A stretch of 62,633 nucleotides of DNA, the filler included, from Choristocarpus tenellus KU-1152 (Eukaryota > Protista > Phaeophyceae), in NCBI GenBank assembly GCA_964200185.2. It is 9 parts of 9 records of this genome, joined end to end, with 100 filler letters (N's around TTAATTAATTAA, not from the genome) between each part and the next. Parts side by side here need not be neighbours in the genome. Positions count along the whole stretch, not along the records: positions 1 to 14,484 come from CAXNAD020001176.1; 8 more parts are not named here. One strand, 5' to 3'. A program made the translations under genes and the position numbers. Numbering within the stretch: the first letter of the stretch is position 1; every line of letters begins with the position of its first letter. Shown in pieces: positions 1 through 10,790 of this stretch. The notes under the pieces were generated by a model. The model did not search any database. It saw only the letters and a list, made by a program, of their open reading frames with translations, and was not told where the DNA came from.

Positions 1-1
1 G

Positions 2-262
2 GAAGCACCAGCAAGCCTGCCACCAGGCTCCGTCGGGGCTGGCGGCGTTCCAGGGGGCGTGCCTACGCCCGTGCCTGTTGAGAAGGCGAAGAGGGGAAGC
101 TTTTGGAAGAGTTACCAGGAGAGGAAGACCGAGGTTGAGGAGGAAACAATGAGGAAAAACGAGGTGTGGCAGAGGGTCATGATGAAGAAGCAGGAGGAGC
201 GGGAACGCCGGGAGGAGGAAGAGCGAGCAAGGGTTAGGGCCCAGGCCAAGGCCCGACACTGA
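2..262 (+). CDS. 3' end of an upstream gene (charged, coiled-coil-like C-terminus), partial
   Basis: Frame is open from base 2 to TGA at 260-262 (EAPASLPPG...EERERREEEERARVRAQAKARH*). GC-rich and coding-like; no family recognised. Confidence 0.4.
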   Translation, partial: EAPASLPPGSVGAGGVPGGVPTPVPVEKAKRGSFWKSYQERKTEVEEETMRKNEVWQRVMMKKQEERERREEEERARVRAQAKARH

Positions 263-1044
263 GGACACCTCGCCACTTTAGTCTGCTGTGAATGCGACTT
301 GACTTGAAGGGGACACTGGGAAAGCAGCCATGGTTTTTGGGCATACAGGCGAGGCTGAAGCAGGAGTGGGTTGGGGAGGAGGAGGGAGTTGTGCCAGGTC
401 TGGTTTGAGCCGAGTGGGTAAGGAGGGGGCAGTGTTCAGAAGGTCTAGAAAAAATTTGCGTTTTCTGGTAGATTGGGGAAGTTGAGCCATGAATGGTGTC
501 CTCGTTGGTGGCAGCGCTTGGTTTTTCCTCAAAAGCGGCAGGTTGAGTTTTAGTGTAAAGAGTTGTGGCAGTCTAATTTAGACTGGAGGAAGAGGATTGT
601 GGTGTCAAGGAAGACTGGCTTTCACTCAGCACATGTTAAGGGTTTGAGAGACTCCTTGGTTAAGGGATATGCATTGATTAAATGGTTAGGGGTGCTTAAC
701 CGTTCTCTTTACTAGTTTGGGTGCATCTTGGTGAACAAATGCAAGTGAGTGAAAACACCATACATTTCGTAGGGAACCCAATAAGCTAACCTGAAGTTGA
801 CTGTCTGGAATCCAGCGCAAGGTGAAGACCTACGGTAATTTTATCTATTGCAATCATCCATCACAATATGCCATCTCTGCCAGTGCAACATTGTTTTTAT
901 TTCCACTCACTTAACAAAAACCTATTTGCATGCCCAACTCACAAATGCCTGCAATGTGGTGGGTGAAGGGCAGGAACTACAATCCGAATTTCAAAGGCAC
1001 ATTTGCTCCATGCATTTCCCATCCTCTCACGAACACAACTGGAA

Positions 1045-2874
1045 TTAGTCGTCCTGTGAATAGTCACTTTCAAACATGGCCTTTTTAGTGTTGTGGACCT
1101 TCGATCCCTGCTTAGGAGGCCTGGGTTTTGTGGATTTCTCCTTAAGCTCCTCCGCCACAGCTGCCTGTTCTTCGTCTACTGATGCATCTCCATACGTGCT
1201 GCCAAAGAAGCTGAGACGCGTCGTATCTGGGGTGTCAGCAACCACTGTGCGTTTCACAGAGCTAGAAATTCTATGCCCAGTGTCATCTCCCAAGTCAGAA
1301 TCGAACATGGATCGAGTGTGGTGGATTGGGGCGACTTTTGACGCTCCGCCGCCACTTCCTCCACCTGGTTGCTGTTGTGCCAATCCACCCTCACTTGCCT
1401 TTCCCTTGAGAGCCTCAACCTCTGCCGCCGCCTTCACACTCAGCTGGTCTGCCTCCGGGTCTTTGCCATACACTGTAGCCCTGAATGCAAGACGGGTAGA
1501 GTCCGGGGTGTCAGCAGCTACTGTGCGCTTCACGGAGCTAGAGCCCCCATGTCCAGTGTCATCTCCCAAGTCAGAGTCAAACAAAGAGCGACTGTGATGG
1601 ATAGGGGCGGCAGTGGAAGTATTGCCATTTCCCTTTCCTGACTCAGGCTGTCCCAATCCTGTGTTCTCCGATTTTCTCTTGAGAGTCTCCACCTCTGCTA
1701 CACCCTCTGGACTCAGCTTGTCAGCCTCGGGGTCTTTGCCGTAGACAGTTGCCCTAAACGCCAGGCGGGTTTTGTCAGGGGTGTCAGCGAAGATTTCGCG
1801 CTTTACAGAGCTAGAGTCGGTGTGCCCAGTATCATCTCCCAAGTCAGAATCGAACAGAGATCGACTGTCATGGATGGGAGCAGGGCGACTTGTCGACGTT
1901 TGAATTATTCCCTCGGCCTTGCTCTTGAGGGCCTCAATAGCGGCAGCATCCTCCACTGACAATGGAGCTGTAACGTCCGGATCTTTTCCGTAGACTGTCG
2001 CTCTGAAAGCCAGCCGAGTAGAGTCCGGTGTGTCGGTGTAGACTTCGCGTTTGATCGAGTCAGTCGTCTTGTCGTCTTGCATTTGGGACATTCCGGAGTC
2101 GAACATTGATCTTTCATCATGGATTGGTGCCGCACAACTAACTGCAGTTTGCTTGCCTACTTTTCGTTTGAGTGCCTCAACCTCTTCTGCCTGGTCCAGG
2201 GTCAGTTGTGCTGCTTGAGGGTCCTTGCCATACACCGCGGACGCGAATGCTAACCGTGTTGCGTCTGGGGTATCGGAGGCGACGTTGCGCTTGATCGAGT
2301 CCGATGTCTTATCGTCATGGGACTGGGACATGCCCGAGTCGAATAGTGATCTCTGATCATGGATGGGGGCTGCTGTAGCGGGAGCCACAATATTCCCAAC
2401 CTTGCTTTGGAGGGCAGCAATCTCCTCTGCCTGGTCTGCTGTCAGCTCAACCGTGTCCGGGTCCTTGCCATACACCCCTGAGGAAAAGGCTAGCCTCGTA
2501 GCATTCGGGGTGTCAGCACTGACGTCGCGCTTGATCGAGTCAGCATGCTTACCATCCTCCGATTGCTGCGAGAGACTGGAGTCAAACAAGGATCGTCTGT
2601 CGTGGGTTTTCGAAGAAGGCCCTGCCCCCCTAACGGGCTCGTGCCCCACCTTTTTCTTGAGTGCCTCCGCTGCAGTGACCTGCGCTAAGGTTTGCTCTGC
2701 TGCATCGGGGTCTTTACCGTATACTGTAGAAGTGAAGGCCAATCGGGTGGCATCTGGGGTAGGGTCTTCGTCCCCTCGACCTGATCTTGACAGTAGGAGT
2801 CTGGAAGACAAACCGGGAACATTCACCTTGCGTGTCAGTGCACAGGTTACTGCCCGGAATCTGACCCTTATCAT
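1045..2874 (-). CDS. Intronless 609-aa protein of seven tandem ~80-92-aa repeats with an Arg-rich N-terminal presequence-like leader; function unknown
   Basis: 1.8-kb uninterrupted ORF. First ATG is at 2874 (the ORF-track start at 2916 is GTG). Repeat consensus DTPDxTRLAFxxxVYGKDP-(helix, EALKxK)-linker-PIHDxRSxFDSxxxDD..SxKR occurs 7 times, with motif residues conserved across diverged DNA. Confidence 0.85.
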   Translation of the reverse strand: MIRVRFRAVTCALTRKVNVPGLSSRLLLSRSGRGDEDPTPDATRLAFTSTVYGKDPDAAEQTLAQVTAAEALKKKVGHEPVRGAGPSSKTHDRRSLFDSSLSQQSEDGKHADSIKRDVSADTPNATRLAFSSGVYGKDPDTVELTADQAEEIAALQSKVGNIVAPATAAPIHDQRSLFDSGMSQSHDDKTSDSIKRNVASDTPDATRLAFASAVYGKDPQAAQLTLDQAEEVEALKRKVGKQTAVSCAAPIHDERSMFDSGMSQMQDDKTTDSIKREVYTDTPDSTRLAFRATVYGKDPDVTAPLSVEDAAAIEALKSKAEGIIQTSTSRPAPIHDSRSLFDSDLGDDTGHTDSSSVKREIFADTPDKTRLAFRATVYGKDPEADKLSPEGVAEVETLKRKSENTGLGQPESGKGNGNTSTAAPIHHSRSLFDSDLGDDTGHGGSSSVKRTVAADTPDSTRLAFRATVYGKDPEADQLSVKAAAEVEALKGKASEGGLAQQQPGGGSGGGASKVAPIHHTRSMFDSDLGDDTGHRISSSVKRTVVADTPDTTRLSFFGSTYGDASVDEEQAAVAEELKEKSTKPRPPKQGSKVHNTKKAMFESDYSQDD

Positions 2875-5800
2875 CGTGCCTACTATTTCCCTCTTCGTAG
2901 GCACCACAACATGCACTTAGGGGTGAACCGCTTTGTAGAACTCTGGTTCAAGGGCTTCACATCCAGGTTGATGTGCTAACTCGCGCATATCAACTTTGCG
3001 CGGAATCGAAGTATCTAATATGGTGAGTTATCGCAATAAAAATATTATAAAACTTTGTATGTATGAAGTTACCAATTATTGTACATACAAATTCCAATAT
3101 ATTAGTAGTAATACAGAGAAAATTGAAGAGGTTGAAACGCAGTCATCCACAACAATTATACTTACTGTTACTATGAGGGATCATTTGATCCCTAGTAGTT
3201 TCAAAGCTCAACACCATCTTCATGGCGAAAATTTTTTGAGGTGCATCGGCACGTAGCCAGAGCGCTTTTCCTGATCACCCCGCAACTCATTGTGTATTGT
3301 ATGTAGCGGGTGGTAAGAAGGGGCCTGACGGCTTGTTCCTAGGAGAGTAGGAGCAGTGAAGGCAAACCCGCAACAGATAGATCGTCTCAGTCAGTCGCTG
3401 CGCAAATGCTCCGAGAATATAACGATCTCTAGGCATGCCATTCAGTTTAAACGGAAGCCTCCAGGTCAGTTGCCTAGACAGGGCTTGATGACTGACTCGT
3501 CGTACCCTTCCCCTGGTTTAGACTGCCTTCATGTAGTGCCGCCCAAGAGCAGTCTCATCTACTATTATTATTGCTTCATCATTATCTTCATCCTACTATG
3601 TTTTTCGTCGATTTTTTGTTGTGTTCAAAGGACTTTCTTTCAACTGTTGTTGTTGGTTTGTTGTCCTCTTTTACCTATGACTCTTTTTTATACATGATGA
3701 CAGCATCTATCTTCTGGAAAATGTCAGTGGACTGGGGATAGTAAACATACTCCCGAGTCTTTGTTGGTTGTGGGTAATAAAAAATGATCATGATTTTAAT
3801 CAAGTATATATCGTAATATATCAAACGTTTCCAAGCATTGCCCAAAGAAAGGCTACAACTAACAGTAAGCATGGTAATGTCATCATTATCACCACCCTAT
3901 ACTACGTCATGTATACTACGAGCAGTTCCTATGTCAGATCCAACCACAACAGTAGTAGTAGTAGCAGAAAATACTTGCATACTTTCCTTAACAGTTTTTT
4001 GCATCATTTGACTGTGGATGGGGGTGGATTTAGTTGGGTAACATACCCTACACGTATGTTCCCAGTATATAACATGAATGAATAGTGACACAGGCAGAGG
4101 GATGGAAAAGAGAGGTCAGTTATCACAAGCCCAGTCAACCAGGTGCCAGCAGGGCACCTACCAGAGCAAGGCTGCAAGGCAAAAAAGAAAAACCATTGAA
4201 CGCACACAACAATCCAGTCTGCAGTACTAGAAGAAAGATGAAGAAGGGCCATCAATTCCAAGGGACCCTCATGACTACCTCCTAAATTTTGATGTAACGT
4301 TTGTGGGGTAGTACTCTAAAAAAAGGCAAATTCCTTTATCTGGACATACCTTTAATATCAACAAGCTCCCTATCATGGGGGTTACCTACCTGTATTTGGA
4401 CCATTGAGGAAGTAGTGTCCTGGCTCAACATTGTGTAAGTTCCATGATCATCAAAATGGGCAAAATTCACCCCAGAGTGGGGGTTCTTGGCTCAACCATA
4501 TGTTCATTAGGGTGACAGCATGACCTCACAGGTCATCCACACTACTAGTACCAGAACGAAATAGACATCAAAATGTTCAAACAGTCGGAGTGGTCATCAC
4601 TCAGGGCAACTGCACAGAAAATAGTTGATTCAAACAACTTCAGATCCACCTTCATACTCTCCAATGCTTTACATTCACCTGAAAAAAGGGTCTTGACTGC
4701 TCAATGATAAGAATTATAGTACTACTGTGTTTAGCTCTTAACCAACAAAACTGTTACAAGTTCTGAGGCACACGAGCCCAAAGGCAGAGCACTTGCGCAA
4801 ATACTACGTACCTCAGACGCTCACCTTAAGCATAAGCTCTTCATGCATCAAACCAATGTATCCATCTATTCACATTGCCAAAGATTCAAAATATTGCTGA
4901 GTGTCTGCATTTGATTATACTCTCCCCATGCTGGGGCATCATCCTGGAATAAGCTGAGAAACCAAGACAGGGTGAACTTTTCATTCCTGTACTTCTCATT
5001 TTAGGTCTCACTCACCAGGACCTTTTGGCATTGTGAATTCAACTCTTCCGTCTCTTTCAGAACACACCCTGAACACTACCACTCTTCCTGCAAAACAAAC
5101 AGGGCGCAGATAAATGCTAAAACATAAATTCAACAAGAAGCTATTTTTCCACAGAGTATGAATGCAGGATGCATTTATACCAGAGTAAGAGCGCCAAAAC
5201 TCTTGGCAGCATGTCAAAAAGTTTCCACCTTCCTCTTCATTCCCAAGTGCTGAGAAGATGACCCAGTTACGGGCTCATTCAAAAGGGAGGCCAGATGGGA
5301 GGTATGACAAGACGAGGAGGGGAACAAGCCATAACCACATTTATCTGTACACACCCTCCTCTTCCTATCCTTGCTGGAGGTACAAACGGTCTATCATATC
5401 CAACAGTCACAACGTGTCCGAAAAGCAACACGCCACTGTGTTGCAAAACCGACGGGGATGGGTGGGAGGCAAGAGGGGGGGGGGGGGGGCCAGGGGGGCC
5501 GGGCGGGGAAGGGCACGCTGTCCCCNNNNNNNNNNCCCAACCGGGCCGGAAAAGCAACCCCCCGGTTGGTGGAAAAACGGGGGGGGGGGGGGGGGAGCCA
5601 AGGGGGGGGGGGGGGGAACAGTGGGGCAGTGCTGGAACGTACCCGCTTCTCCCCTTGCATCCTCCCTCATGTCCTTACACATACCAGTCACCCTCTACCT
5701 CAGCTTCCCAAGCACCACCAATTAGGAGAGCTTTACACTTGTCAAGTACCAAAGTTATTTTTTGCGATAAATTCTGCGTACGTGAGAGAGTGTAACTCAA

Positions 5801-5996
5801 GCAAAACACTAGTAAAAAACAAGTGCCTTCACTGCTCTCACCACAAAACCAAATCTATACCAGTCTCCCCCTCCCTTTTCCCCCCAACCCTTTAGATGAG
5901 AGACTCTAATGAAGAGTGGTTTATGTGCAGGAGGGAGGGCCCTGCTGCAGGTGCATGTCTCCAAGGCACACCCTTCTAACAGATTTATTGGGAAAA

Positions 5997-8900
5997 TTAC
6001 TGGGCTACACCCGTAGCAGAAGAGGATTTGACCTTAGACTTGGTGATCTTCTCATAAACCTCACGGAGCTTAAGGGCAACAAGGGTCTGGAAGAACCCAG
6101 ATCCGTTGTTGGATCCAGGGGAGTCAGAAAGCTTGAGGATGTTCTGGGTGAGCTCACCGTAGAACTTGGTGCCAATACTGGAAAGGTGGGACTCAACGTA
6201 GATCAGCTCCTGCGAACATCAAATAGAGGAGATCAAAGCATACTAGTTCAGGGATGAGATATAGGGAGGCAGACGAAAGGGATTGATTGCCTTCATGCCA
6301 CTACTGTCTACGCATCCACTCCGCGAAAGAATCACACAGGGAGAGCACATCTAACAATTCAGGGGTAAACAGGTATGATCCACGCACATATGGCAGTACT
6401 TACACAAACGCCTTGCACATAATCTTACATATCATAGACCTCATGAGTTCCCCATACGTTTCTGCAAGGATATATCAGCTATGTAGGGAAATGAACAGTG
6501 TCGTTTACCATCTGCACTAAAAACTGTAGAGGTACAAAACACTTTGTACATGATCTTGCTCATCTCTTCCAAACTCTTGATCCAGTTTCTCAAGAACTAA
6601 AACCAGATGTCGCAGAAAGGTATCTTGTTGCCATACATACACCAATGGCCATAGTTCGTTGCTGGTGACTAGAATAGAATTATGTCACTGTTCAAACAAC
6701 ACAAAAAGAGGTTCAAAATTGCAACAAAAAATAACTCAACATTCCAACAAATTCTAGAAGTAGGGCGTGTTTGGTTGGTTCACTTTTTATGCATGGCATG
6801 GTACAAGAAAATACTAACTCCAAACAAAAAGACAAAAATAGATTAGAAACTGGTCTGTGAAGAAACATTTTGATACAGAAAACACCTCCCTTCAAGTTGA
6901 AACTTCCTGAGAAAATATTTTAGTGGAAACTTGATGCAGGAAACATCCTGACTGCAAAAATCTACCTCACTAATCTTATTATTGGAAGATCATTAGAAAT
7001 TAGTACTTTCTTAATATACAGACAACATGACACTGAAACCTGTGACAAGCAAGCAGTTCAGATAAAGGGCTTTCATCACTACCCTCCTATATTTCTCATC
7101 TGAGGCAAAACAAGGTGCATTAATCAAGACCAAAAAAAAAGAAAAAAAACGGCAGCAAGTACCTTGAACTGAACTATAACCCGCTTTCACTCTCCCCCCA
7201 CACTCAGAAACGGAATCTGGATCCCCAACACCTACATACAATAATACTGCACAGAAACATCAACTCCTCACCTGCAGGTTGTCAAACTGGCCATCCATCT
7301 CGATCACTGAGACCTCATTGTCATAGTAGGTGTCTGGGCCGTAGGCGAACTTGATGCCAGGGAAGGAGCATGTAAGCTTGCGTCCACAAGGCACCCAAGT
7401 GATGGCAGAGCCCTCATCAAAGAGGTAGGCAGGCTCAAAGAAGTCAACACCCTCCTTCTGGATCAGACGTGTCCGGAGGATCTTGCCCTCCTTGTCGTCA
7501 GGGATGAGCTGGGTGGGGAGCACCTGGATCACAACATCGGCCTCACTCCGCTGGGGGGCAATGAAGGCATCGAAGTCTGGCTTGCGAGCCTGGTGAGCAT
7601 GTGAATGAAACAATGAGGTCATGGCGGGGGAAAAGTGCAGGTAACTTAAATTACTCCAAAAATTATTATGAACACCATGGCAACAAATAGTTTCACTCGA
7701 ATGGTGCTATTGACACAGTATAACATCCTTTCCCCCCCCGCCCCCTTGCCCAAGCTCAAGACCGTATCGCTTGTATCCAACAGTGACTCCAACCCATTCT
7801 TGGAGAAAGAAAAAACCTGTAATGCGAAAAAACTAATCTACTGATCGCCACCACCACCCGGTTGTTAAGAGGTTCACACAGCAATAGCCCAGTACCAGTA
7901 CCACAAGATGAACATAGGAAAGAGGATAAAATGAAAAGGACTGAACAGGTTAAGGTTCCTCACCTGGATGGAGGCCTGGATGGATTCAAGAGAGTGGCCA
8001 CGCTCCATCATGTCACGCTGAATCTTCCATGCAAACTTGATCTCATCAGAGATGTCAAGATAGATGGTGAAGTCCAGCAGGTCACGGACACGAGAGTCAA
8101 CGAAGGGGTGCAGCCCCTCGATGATTACAATCGGGGTGGCCTTGATCTCCTCTGGTTCATCCAGAGTGCCATTGACGTGGTTGTAGATAGGCTTGTAAAC
8201 AGTCTTTCCCTCCTTGAGGTCCCTAAGTTGCTCATACATGAGGTCGAACTTTTGCTCCTCAGTGTTAAGTGCTGTCCTCCCAGACACCTGTGGGGGTGTA
8301 GAGGGTTCAAAACATACAACTCTTCCCTCTGAATCCTTGTTCAAAACTGTTGGAGCTATTCATTATTTTCAAGCATTAACAATGGGAAAAAATCCTTGCC
8401 TCAAACTTATCACACAGCTCGGCCGTAAACATTAGCACACACAAGCCTTTTAACACTCTTCAGTGAAATGTATTTTTTTCTCCTTCAAGGAGACATTACG
8501 ACCTGCAAAGGAGAAAGTACAAATTCTTTTCAGAATGAAAAAACTACAAAATACTCCAACACGCATAGTCATAGACCCTGTTGTATGAAATCAGCAGAGT
8601 TTCAGAATGATAAATGAAATAATCTGAGAGATGATGTGTGAACTCTACCTTCAAAACTAATATCTGTCATGAACTCAGCAGGCACAATTTTTCTAATTTC
8701 ACCCCTCTTGAAGGTGTAGGAAGTGCAAGTAACGCCCTCAACTAAATCCCTGACAGCAAATCCTAACCATGAAGCCTGCAATTCAGCACGTGCTTTGCAG
8801 AAGTAACAAGAGTAAGGAAAGATGTCAACTTTCCCCATCACTGTGCTTTCCAGTCACTAGCAATATGAATGGTATTACCTTGCGTCCACCGCGGTCGTTC

Positions 8901-9688
8901 AGGTGGTAGTCATCAAGGCACAGCACAGTCGTCAGGTCTGACACCAGAGTGTTGGTTTCCCATCCCCCGTTATCGAATCCACCCCCGAGGGGTCCCACTG
9001 TGTCCCCTCCAAAGATGCTTGTAAGTCGGCGCATAAATGTCGACTTACCGCATCCGGAGTCCGCAGCTACACCAATGATAACTACCTGAGATACACATCG
9101 ACAAAGTGGTCATTATTCAGACACAGTTCTTATAAACAAGTTCAGGAGCAGACCCAGACAGTGGTCAAGCAACAGATATGGACGCATTTCAATGGCGAGG
9201 CTTCGATTTCCTATGGCACCAACATGAACAGACCATGTTACAGTGGAGGGTGGCAAATGCACACGCTGCTTCTCTGGACCAGATTGCTGGGCAGAGGTAA
9301 AGACTCTTGTCTCGGATTGACACTCGTTACTTATGAAGATAAACGCTCTTTTTTAGGCAATCCTTCAAATATTTGATCCTGAATCCATCACCCAGTCTGC
9401 AACGTCAGCATCCCCTCTCTACCAGCATTGCATTTCACAAACCTTCTCGTCCTCGCCCAGCTTCATGCTGAGAGCATCCAGGCGAGAAACAGTGGCCTTC
9501 GTCACCGATCCCGGGACCACTCGCGCGGTAGCCGAAGTAAAGGACGTCCGTGAGATACCCCATGGCTGTGCGTTTGAGGACGCATGTGAAGGGGGGGCTA
9601 CCACGAAGGCGGAGTTAGGCGCCTGTCCTGCCCAAGGGCTAGCGGTCGCCGCGCTTGCTAGCGCCACAAAAGCGCAGGTTTTAATCAT
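5997..9688 (-). CDS. PRK: Phosphoribulokinase, plastid-targeted, 435 aa; exons 9443-9688, 8879-9085, 7964-8287, 7272-7589, 5997-6209
   Basis: GT-AG joins give one continuous frame containing VIIGVAADSGCGKSTFMRR (P-loop), VLCLDDYH, KPIYNHVNG, EGLHP, WKIQRDMMERGH, ARKPDFDAFI, VPCGRKLTCSFPG and ELIYVESHL. N-terminus is a signal peptide plus Ser/Ala-rich transit peptide. Confidence 0.97.
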
Positions 9689-10545
9689 GATGCTGGTGAT
9701 GTATGCGCCTGACGCTCACTGACACACTCGAATTCGAGGTTCGCTAGAGGTGTGGACAGGTTGGGATGTGAGGGGGTCTTGTGAAAGTAACATACAAACG
9801 CACTTGGTCCGAATTAACTCTTATTCCCACAATATATATACGAAAGAGGTTAATACTGTGATCTTATATCTTCTCTATGATGTTGTGGGGATATCCAACC
9901 ATGCGCGCTGTATCTATATTGTATACGATGTTAACATATGGTAGAAAATTCGATTCTAATTGTAGTAGTAGCAGTACGTATGAAATTGCTTCCTCACTCA
10001 TTTTCTCTTTTTTCATAAACATAATAAAATATGATACATCTTTCGATTTGTGGGATACATACATCGTTACTAAATTCCTAAAAAAATTTCCTAATCATGA
10101 AGTACATACTCCTTCTTCAGGACGTTAAGTGTCTTTGCGGTACCCTGCTGCTTCTCTATGTTTACATCTAAGTTATGCTACCAAAACAGTAAAGATGTGT
10201 GATAAATTAGTGTGTATCGCACAGATAGCGCAGAACTCAGAGAAATGGGAACAATTAGTTCACCTTTCCTTAACTTCCAGGCTGTCGGCCTCTTCATCTC
10301 CACCTTCTTTATCGTTTGTTGAAAGGAGAGAAAAGGTCTACAACATGCTTAAAAATGTGGTGCGGCGTGAAGCGATCTGACACGAGACACCATGGCCCAC
10401 AGGTAGGTGCCCTTGTTTTCTTTGGCATACACACGTTGTAAGTGCGTGATAAGCACTCCGTAGGACCAGTGACGTATGCATGGTACATCGTTATTACCCC
10501 ACGACTCACAATTATATCACGGTTACTTAAGAGATAAACCAACTG

Positions 10546-10790
10546 AGGAGTAGGCAGGGTTACATTTCAAGGATCCCGACTAAGGTCAAGAAATATTTTG
10601 TACTATTACAGAAAGAGCCCTTGGTGAATTGTGGTGTCACGTTACGTTTGGAAAGAAGGGGGTATATCGATATTGCGTACACTATTGTGGACATAACGTG
10701 ATGAAATAAGAGCGTATTGCACAGTTCATGAAAGATTACTTAATTAAGTGCAAAAGGGTCCAACCCTACCTAGCTTTCAATTGGTCTGAC
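10546..10790 (+). repeat. Dispersed ~240-bp repeat; second copy at ~39910-40150
   Basis: Colinear shared blocks AGGCAGGGTT(T)ACATTTYAAGGATCC, GAAAGAGYCYTTGSTGAATTGTGRTGTCACGTT and AAGGGTCCAAMCCT in both places. Confidence 0.7.

Noticed and set aside
1045-2874. Idea that the repeat protein is CP12 or a known pyrenoid Rubisco linker
   Set aside because: No CP12 Cys pairs or AWD-VEE motif, no signal peptide for a four-membrane plastid, and no recognisable EPYC1/PYCO1 motif. Only the general architecture is similar.
1076-2920. Plus-strand ORFs of 173 and 185 aa
   Set aside because: Antisense shadows of the repeat-protein CDS.
5258-5895. Overlapping Gly/Pro-rich ORFs and poly-G tracts (also ~18000, 39220-39440, 42715, 47700, 61860)
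   Set aside because: They come from G/C homopolymers next to gaps, which are low-quality sequence. Tract lengths are unreliable, so G-quadruplex or coding claims are unsupported.
5916-9722. Plus-strand ORFs 5916-6257, 7862-8332 and 9465-9722
   Set aside because: Antisense shadows of PRK exons.
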